This document shows, piece after piece, positions 48,478 to 56,819 of a stretch of 56,819 bases of DNA. A program made the position numbers and the translations under genes. Every line of letters begins with the position of its first letter. The stretch's first letter is position 1. The DNA lies in the NCBI RefSeq assembly GCF_001194135.2, contig NC_068985.1, positions 119,166,029 through 119,222,847 of the forward strand, read 5' to 3'. The stretch comes from Octopus bimaculoides. Its lineage: Eukaryota. Below the pieces are notes generated by a model, which saw only the letters and a list, made by a program, of their open reading frames with translations, was not told the DNA's origin and made no database searches.

Positions 48478-50351
48478 AATCGTAATTTATACGCATATAT
48501 TGTTTATATAATAAATTACGCTTTGCGTATCTATGTGTGTAACAATTTTAGAGTTCGGATTCTAGAGTTAGGGTTACGGTTAACAGTCTAGTTAGGGTTA
48601 GAGTTAGGGGATTAATACGATATACACCGTTACAGCGCTAACTGTTTTCAACTGAATAGACGTCAGTGATTAGTAGAAATTATCGAAATAAGACAATTTT
48701 TTACATGAAATAAATTCGAATACAAAAATATTTTTCTGTTCTATAACACAAAATAGATAAGTATACGAAGTTTGAAAGTCTTTCGGTACCAAAAACACTA
48801 CATAAAACATAAATGAAAACTGGCGACCCCGTTTTAAAATAGATCCCATTGCGACAGGTGAAATACCGCTAAGCATTTCGCCCAGCGTGCTAACGATTCT
48901 GCCTGCTCAATAACATAAATAAACTGCACTAACGAACGATTCGAAAGAAGGCTGAAATGGTGTTATATATAACTACCAACGACTGTAAAGTTTAAGATCT
49001 TTATAGTATGTCGAAGAAAGAAATATTAAATGTGTATATTCAGTAAGCCTTTATTCTTTCATATAAATTTCAAGCTTCCAATTCTACCTTAACTTAGGCT
49101 AGACAGGGTTGTCTCCCCTAACCTCTACTTCTACAATACGTGTGTGAAATAAATTGAAATACTGATATGATAAAATGAAATGATGTATGAAACACAGGTA
49201 GACGTCAATTTACCTCGGTAATTGGTTCCAATATATGCGACGTACATCGATAAACGACATCACACAGAAAAACTTTAATAAAAAGTTATTTGCTCTTGTA
49301 TGTTTTAATAAATGGTTTGTCCATTTTTTCACTTGTATTTAATTTTATTTTCCACTTCAGGATCGGATTTTAGGTATTTTTATTTGTTTTTAATTCTTAT
49401 GCATTTAAATATGTTTGCTGTGCCCGGATAAGTCGGCTGTATTTGACGTTTATGTTCTTTTCGGGGGTTTTTTTTCCCAGTAATTTCTTAGAAAAACGAC
49501 GTTAAGTTGAAAAAGTCGCGAGTCGAAACGACGCAAGCGAAAGTAATGCTTGTACTTAGGAAAGATGTATTACTTTTGTTGGTGACTAGTACGACTTGTA
49601 CCACTCGTAGTAGTGGTTTATCTTTCCTAAGTATAGGCATAGTGGTTGAGTGATAAGAAGCTTGCTTCCCAACTACACGGACCCGGGTTCAGTCCCATTG
49701 CGTAGCTTCTTCTATAATCTCGGGCCCACCAAAGTTTTGTGAGTGGATTTTATAGACGGAAACTGAAAGAAGCCCTCATCCCTCCCTAATTCTGTAGTCT
49801 CTCTACCCCTACCTTTCTCCTCCTCCTTCCACGTGACCGATGTTCAGCCAAGCCTGACCTTTCTTCCTTGATTCGACTACCATCCGTGTGGTATCTCTTA
49901 TATTCCTTCCCATGACTTTCATCTTCTATGTTCCTGCCGTAAGGCTTCACTTCCACACATGCCAGCTTAATTTAATTCGTCCTTAGTCGAAAGACACCTG
50001 TTGTTAATCTCCTGTTGTTTGTATTTGTAATTGTGTACCATTTCTCGTTTTTTTTTTTTTTTCATCCTTGTTTTCGTATACATTCGCTTGCTTTCTTCCA
50101 AAGAATCTAGTGCTCTTAGCTTAAATTTTCTTGGGACCGGCCAGATTAGGGCAGTCTCGAGAGTAACCGGCTGAAACTGCAAAGACAATCTGGTACTTGA
50201 CTGAAGATTGAAAGCTCCAAATGACCTGTCCTTTTTTGTATCGTCTAACTGTTCGAATATTTTGTTGTCACCTGTTACGATCTTGTTCCATTTTTTTTTT
50301 TGTTTATATATATATATATAATCCGAAATGTACAATATATATATCTATCAC

Positions 50352-50443
50352 GGCTGATCTTACCAATCGGTTTCGTGCAAGGAATACAATTGAGTATTAG
50401 GTAACAATCTGATTATATAACCTTACGCTCATCAGAGTTAGCC
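50352..50443 (-). ncRNA. Type I hammerhead ribozyme motif (Penelope-associated minimal type)
   Basis: CTGATGA core (50435-29), stem II GCGTAAGG/CCTTGCAC closed by G-C, GAAA (50374-71), near-palindromic stem III ACCGATTGGT, cleavage triplet GTA, stem I GGCTAACT/AGATCAGCC. Confidence 0.7.
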
Positions 50444-50484
50444 AATATGAAAGGGATATTCACTTCCATATGATGTGATGGATA

Positions 50485-51611
50485 TGTAAGAACGACCGTG
50501 CGAACCCAAAAGGAGAAATGGTGACGAATGGAAAAAACAGGGCTCCTTTTATTTAAACGCGTCACACGGTCGAACACAAAAATTATATCAAATATGATAT
50601 ATATATGTTATACTTCGATAACATAGTGAATTCGTAGATGCCAGTAAAAGAAGATGATAGAACACAACCGTATGAGATGAATAACAGAAATATTTATTGA
50701 CATTAAAATGTATGTCTGTGTGTGAGTGTGAATGCGACATATTAAAACATAATAAAAGACAGGCCGTCGTATAAAGAAAAGAGTGTATGTGAGTGATACA
50801 TGTATGTGTATGCGTGAGGTACATCAGATAGAAAGAGTCAGTAACACGTGTGAGCATTTGCCGGTTTGTTGAGTACACAATAGGAAGAGTCTGTATGTAA
50901 GAAGTTGAGGCGTGTGTGTGGCAGGGTGATTACTCGTTGTGATGTTAGGGCTTCCATGCTGAGCCGGGTTCTTGTATGCAGATGTTCGTCGCAGGCTAGG
51001 TTCTTGTCTGTTATTTATCGTGGTGAAGATGAATCACCAAACAGAATCGAAGAGAGATGTGCCGCGGTAGTTTGGTTAGTTGGTGTACGTAGAAATCATG
51101 TTGATGATGTCGGTGGCGAATCTTGTAGTTCGTAATGTCGTGTTGACTGGCGGCGACGATGCTGGTAGTAGTCGTAGAGTCGTGTTGATGTAGTCGCTGG
51201 AACTGCTGCTGCTGATCTGTGTGGTACACGGAACAGTCTCTAAGAGAACTNNNNNNNNNNTGATGTAGTCGCTGGAACTGCTGCTGCTGATCTGTGTGGT
51301 ACACGGAACAGTCTCTAAGAGAACTGAACCGAGACGAATTTGCCGGGTATAATCTAGTCTATTTAAAGCAAAATAGTGGCTCCAGAGAGGGATTAGAAAA
51401 ACACTATCACGTGACCTTATTAAGGGCTGTGATTGGTCAGTTTGCATTCTGGCAGGAACGGTATGAAGCAGTTGCCGCTTCAAATAATAATTAGTCACGT
51501 GATGACAAGGAAAGATGTTTTCTACTACGGCCGAACTTGAATATATTTATAACAGCAAGAGAAGAAGGCTTCTTTGTATACAATGGCGATCGAGGTGTTA
51601 GTTTCACTACA
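50485..51611 (-). mobile_element. Solo LTR (Ty3/Gypsy-like), about 1.05 kb after removing a gap-associated duplication
   Basis: TGTA...TACA termini; 4-bp TSD GATA at 50481-84 and 51612-15; CCAAT (51436-32), TATA-like TTTAAAT (51367-61) and AATAAA (50698-93) in the correct order on the minus strand. Confidence 0.8.
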
Positions 51612-51710
51612 GATATATAATACTGTACATTTTGGATAATACAACTACTCTATTGACAGATATTCGAGTACGTCTTTTCCCTGACTTATGGACTCTTGGA
51701 CGACTCATGC

Positions 51711-51745
<35 letters not shown>

Positions 51746-51975
51746 TGTATGTATGTGTGTGTGCGTGTGTATATATATATTATTATGATTGACCGTTGAC
51801 TGAACACTATTCAATTTTTTTTCTCCGTGTTTTTCTCCTTGTCTCCGTATTCTTTCTGTTGAAGAGCGTAGCTCGAAACGTCAAAGACTTTCCGTATTCC
51901 CGAGCGTCATACTAATATATACTTTTGTTATTTACACCACCTGTCCTCGTCTGTTGTTATTATTTGTATATTCTC

Positions 51976-52009
<34 letters not shown>

Positions 52010-52234
52010 TTATTTTATCGACCCCAAAAAGGATGAAAGGCAAAGTCGTCCTCGGTGGAATTTGAACTCAGAACGTAAAGCCAGGCGAATTGCCACCATG
52101 CATTGTAAAATTGTAAAGTTGTAAACATTGCAAATAATAAAACATGAAAATCAGACTGAGTTGGAATTTCATTGATTAATATATTCCTTTATGCACAATC
52201 ATACAAACTCAGATATGGATAGATAGATAGATTT

Positions 52235-52640
52235 TTTAATCTTTTATCTGTTTCAGTCATTAAACTGCGGCCATGCTGGGGCATCGCCTTGAAGAACTTT
52301 TAGTAGAATTAATCGACTCCAGAACTTATATTTTTAAGCCTGATACTTATTTTATTTGTCTCTTGTTGCTGAACTGCTACATTACGAGGACATAAACAAA
52401 CCAACACCGGTTGTCAAGCAATGGGGGGGGGACAAACATAGACACAAACACACAGACACACACACACACACACACACGATGGGCTTCTTTCAGTTTTCAT
52501 CTACCAAATCCACTCACAAGGCTTTGGTTGGCCTGAAGCTATAGTAGAAGGCACTTGCCCAAGGATCCATGCAATGGGATCGAACGCGGACCCATGTGGT
52601 TGGGAAGCAAGCTTCTTACCACACACCCACGCCTGCACCT
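52235..52640 (-). mobile_element. Family B SINE
   Basis: Reverse-complement copy with (CA)n core. Confidence 0.75.
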
Positions 52641-52887
52641 ATGCATATTATATTTGTTTCTAGTTTTGGCACAAGGCCAGCAAATTCAGGAATGGTGGTA
52701 AGCCAATTACATTGACCTCATTGCTTAACTGCTACATATTTTATCGACCCTGAAAGGGTGAAAAGCAAAGTTGATATTGACAACGAAATGGACGAAATGG
52801 TGCTATGCATTTTGTCTGACGTGCTAACGATTCTATTAGCTCGTCACCTTATGTCTTAACGTCATTTACTCATCTCTTCCCATGGTC

Positions 52888-53330
52888 GTCCCTTGTCATG
52901 GTGGAAGAGCTTGTGTGTTCCAATGATTCTGAGAGTGATACCATCTGTAGTCTTAGACTCCTGGTAGGGCCACCCATAGCAGCAAGGCTGAGGATGAGGT
53001 CACAGACTAAACACAACCAAACACCAACATCAAGACCCTAATGGCGAAGCAAACAGAGGAGGGCTATCTCAAGCCCCCAAAGATTGACTCTTGTGGAAGA
53101 GGGCAACACCTGGCGGGCAGGTGTGACAAAGGCAGATGGACTCCGGTAGCTCACTGCAACCAGCCTCATCAAGACTGCACATCTCAATTCTTGAGCCGCA
53201 GTGGAGAAGTTCCTGGCCAAGTGCGTGCATGCGGCTGTCACACAGCCACAATTACCTCAAACAATTTACTCAGCGAATGGCTTCATCATTCTAATCTGTC
53301 TCAAAAAAGCCCAATGATGATGGTATCGTA
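52888..53330 (+). mobile_element. RTE-clade (Expander/Rex3-like) 5' region
   Basis: ccttgtcatggtggaagagcttgtgtgttccaatgat ... ctcctggtagggccacccatagc resembles recalled RTE/Expander 5' UTRs. Confidence 0.55.
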
Positions 53331-53869
53331 GTCACAAACCAGTCAAAACAGTGCCCCAGCATGGCCGTACTCCAATGACTGAAACATATAAAAGACAAAA
53401 GAAAGATAGCTGACACCGAATTAAAATATGAAAGGTATAATGTGAATTTGTTTTGCTGATGTCAACAAGGCCGTCCAGCTACAGAACTCTGTCTTGAAAT
53501 GATTCCGCCAACAAGTTCCACCAAGGAAATAAATGTTGGTATAAAACAAAAATGGTGGGGATGAAAGCACAAAAGTAAGTGTGTTGGTATTTTGCCCCAC
53601 CAATTGAAATTTTAGAAGTAGAACGGGCTTGACCTCTTTGGCAAGATACTTTTCAATATGTATGAAGATACAGTTATTTGTTTACATATGTTCTTTTTGT
53701 ATAAAGACTTAACTTGATCATTTCTACCAATCCCACAACACTTTCCTTTTTACACTTACACTGTTGACTCAAGTAGCACTTATAATGAGTATGAGAGGAT
53801 GTATGAAGTTTCCATGAGTTTAGCATAGCAAATCAATATATTATACCAACAAGTATCATCACAAGATAT

Positions 53870-53943
53870 TACAACAACAACAACAACAACAACAACAGCA
53901 GCAGCAGCAGCAGCAACAACAACAACAGCAGCAGCAACAACAA
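53870..53943. repeat. (CAA)/(CAG) compound microsatellite
   Basis: Direct reading. Confidence 0.9.
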
Positions 53944-54779
53944 AACTAATTAAAACAGAATAAAAAAAGTAATGATAAAGGGAATTAAAACTGATATCTA
54001 TCTGTTGCAAATATCTGTTAGAAGTTCAGCAAGTTACAAGCCTTAACACACAAACTCTTTTCAGATCAAAACTAGACTAACTAATGGTTATTGATTATCA
54101 TTCTTTGGTGAAATTGTTTATATGCACGTGTGCATTATGTGTTTGTATGTGTGTATGTATGTATGTATGTGTGTGTGTGGGGGGTCTATTGACTTGTGTT
54201 GATCATTGTGTATGTATGCCCATGTATGTGTGTGTGTGTGAGTATGTGGCTCAGTTTATCTTTTGATTTTGCACAATTATTAAATTATTTCTTTTGATAT
54301 TATGGTAATTTGAATTCACACACCAAACCAACATGTAATCATATAATCATACACATGCATACACATATACACACATGTTTCTGCACAAGCACACACAGAC
54401 ACAGACACACACACACAGACACACACACACACACACACACACATTCACAAGAGGGTGGCTGCTGGAAGACCCTATGTCTGGCAACAGGACTCTGCACCAT
54501 GCCACACAAGCAGGAAAACTCAATCATGCCTGTCAGACAATCTCTGCAACCACATCACCCCTAACATCTAGTCATCTAATTCCCCAGACTGCAACCCCCT
54601 TGATTATTATGCGTGGAGCAAGGTTGTGTGAGAGACCAACAAAACTCCTTGTAACATCAAAGATGAACACTGAAGGCAAGGATTCCTTCCACTCTGTGCC
54701 GAATAGATTGAGTGAACTTTTTAATACATGTATCTTTGCCTTTTTGGCTTGACCTCAAAATGTTGCATTACATACGAAT

Positions 54780-55200
54780 TCACTGAAAAAATATAATCTT
54801 TTTCTTGTAACACCATATTCTACCTTTTTCGAAATTAATTAATTTTGGTTTACCGATGTATTTCCAAGTTTTTTCATTTATAATGGTGATATCACTACCA
54901 GAGTCCAACTGCATTTTAACACTTGTATTTCTGATTTTCACCTTTACGAATTTCCTCATTGTTATATTACCAATTTCTTCTGATGATATACTATGTATTC
55001 TTTTTCCATTGCTCTGACATTTTGTCATCTTCATTCTACAGCGCATCTTTATATGTCTTGGGAGTACATAATTACTGTATCGTTCATGTTCTTTTACCAC
55101 CATTTTTCTCTAGATTAAGCACGTTTTCATCTCGTCTCAATCTTTACATTCTTTCTTGACAATTTGCTCATATCTACTGCAGTATGCCTCAAATGTAACT
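54780..55200 (-). pseudogene. Ty3/Gypsy gag-protease remnant
   Basis: Retropepsin motif VKMQLDSGSDITIIN; upstream YSNYVLPRHIKMRC reads as CX2CX4HX4C with two Cys-to-Tyr changes. Confidence 0.8.
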
Positions 55201-55359
55201 CCTTTGTGAGGTTCATATCTGAACTCTGTTATGTCAAGAACACTTTTTTCTTATTTTCCTGATGACTTCAGTAATTGCAGCATTTAATCAAATTCAAAAT
55301 CGAACCAAACTCAATGACTGGCACCAATGCTAACCTTTCCTTCATTGAACACTAAACTC

Positions 55360-55878
55360 TGCTTGCGAAAACCAGTTGGGCCAAGTGAAATTGAAATTGA
55401 ACCAAATTCGATGACTGGCACTCATGCCAGTGGAGCGCTAACAGCACCATCCAAGCATGATCGTTGCCAGAGCCACTGTCTGGCTCCCGTGCCAGTGGCA
55501 CGTGAAAAGCACCATTTGAGCGTGAACGTTACCAGCGTTGCCTTACTGGCACTTGTGCCGGTGGCATGAAAAAACATTCGAGCAAGGTTGTTGCCAGTGC
55601 CGCTGGACTGGCTCTTGTGCGGGTGGCACATAAAAAATACCATTTGAGCATGGCCGTTGTCAGTACTGCCTGATTGGCCCTCGTGCTGGTGGAACATAAA
55701 AGCACCCACTACACTCTCAGAGTGCTTGGCATTAGGAAGGGCATCCAGCTGTAGAAACTCTGCCAGATCAGATTGGAGCCTGGTGCAGCCATCTGGCTTG
55801 CCAGTCCTCAGTCAAATCGTCCAACCCATGCTAGCATGGAAAGCGGACGTTAAACGATGATGATGATGATGATGATGA
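55360..55878 (+). mobile_element. RTE 3' end with tandem array and (GAT)n tail
   Basis: Four to five units of about 65 bp, conserved tail, (GAT)n. Confidence 0.78.
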
Positions 55879-56063
55879 TTTCATCTACCCCAAAAGGGTA
55901 AAATGAATGAGGGAAATGGAAAATGGGGTTTGCAAGAATCTTTATTCAACACAACAATTGTTTCGACCCATCCTGCATCTGTCCCTTGTGGGTGGGATAG
56001 TATACAACTGGTTGTGTTACATCCTCCAGTGCAGAATGCATCAAGTGTCTTGTTTTAAATAAG

Positions 56064-56065
<2 letters not shown>

Positions 56066-56094
<29 letters not shown>

Positions 56095-56243
56095 TGCATG
56101 CATGCATGTTTGTATGCATGCATGTATGTATGTATGTATATATGCATGCATGTATGTATTCATGTATGTATGTATGCATGTATGTATGTATGTATGTATG
56201 TATGTATGCATGCATGCATGTATGTATGTATGTATGTACATAT
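56066..56243. repeat. (TATG)/(CATG) tetranucleotide microsatellite
   Basis: Direct reading. Confidence 0.95.
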
Positions 56244-56664
56244 GCATCAACCCACCGCCATCATTTTAAAGTTCACTTTTTTATGCTGGCATGAGTTTGA
56301 TAGTTTGAAGGGATCAGACAAATTAGAGGAGCCTCTTGTCCTCTTATGTCTGCTTTGAAATGGTTTCTACAGTTGATGCCCTTCCTAATGCCAATCACTT
56401 TACTGAATGTATAAAATACACTTTTCATTGTAAGGTCACCATATAGCTCACTAAGTGCAAGAGCACCATTAACCATCCACACAAACACATTTCTTATCTG
56501 CAATATCATGATTTTCACTGATATGCTGCCTTGCAATCCAGAGAATTTCGTATTCCTGACCTTCATACTGTAGAACACTGGCAAATCTCTTTTCTGCTTC
56601 TCCTTTTATAATGTTAACCTGTCATCTAACTTCTTTTCTTGCTACCTAGTATATATGTATATAT

Positions 56665-56812
56665 CATCATCATCATCATCATCGTTTAACGTCCGCTTTC
56701 CATGCTAGCATGGGTTGGACGATTTGACTGAGGACTGGTGAAACCGGATGGCAACACCAGGCTCCAGTCTGATTTGGCAGAGTTTCTACAGCTGGATGCC
56801 CTTCCTAACGCC
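56665..56812 (-). mobile_element. Short RTE 3'-tail copy
   Basis: (CAT)n-cgtttaacgtccgctttccatgctagc, the reverse complement of the shared tail; similar copies near 765-860 and 30160-30205. Confidence 0.75.
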
Positions 56813-56819
56813 ATATATA

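Noticed and set aside
49361-49373. 13-nt plus-strand micro-exon candidate (cttcag|...|gtattt)
   Set aside because: No partner exons or coding context found; such matches arise by chance in AT-rich DNA.
50201-50218. CTGAAGA-tt-GAAAGCTC hammerhead-like string
   Set aside because: No stem II and poor stem I pairing.
45647-51611. The two LTRs as the flanks of one provirus
   Set aside because: They are inverted and diverged, one has its own TSD, and no gag/pol is visible between them (a gap of about 600 bp is unseen).
55430-55705. CRISPR-like appearance of palindromic tandem units
   Set aside because: The whole unit repeats with no unique spacers, no cas genes are present, the context is eukaryotic, and the array is part of an RTE 3' end.
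55946-56358. MYVC/HTYI-repeat ORFs
   Set aside because: Translations of tetranucleotide microsatellites.

Overview
Repeat-dense eukaryotic DNA, most likely from an octopus draft scaffold (inferred from the SINE/RTE repeat families and microsatellite load), with three long and three 10-N gaps. One complete protein-coding gene can be rebuilt by hand on the minus strand: an ABTB1 (ankyrin repeat + double BTB/POZ) orthologue with 12 coding exons from 40501 down to 279. All introns are GT-AG with consistent phases, giving 1428 nt = 475 aa + stop. The ORF track catches only some of these exons, as in-frame fragments. Introns and the upstream region hold decayed mobile DNA: a full-length mariner (DD34D), a maT-like (DD37D) element, a Buster-type hAT split by an RTE LINE, R4/Dong-type RLE retrotransposon 3' ends in (TAA)n, many RTE 3' ends with 65-bp double-hairpin arrays, several tRNA-derived SINE families, MITEs, two related solo LTRs, and a Gypsy gag-protease remnant. 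The least expected signal is a set of minimal type I hammerhead ribozyme motifs of the Penelope-associated kind: three well-formed and two degenerate. One lies in sense orientation about 40 nt past the 3' end of a solo LTR. No CRISPR array, rRNA or true tRNA gene is supported. All analysis was done by eye; family names come from recalled motifs, not database searches.
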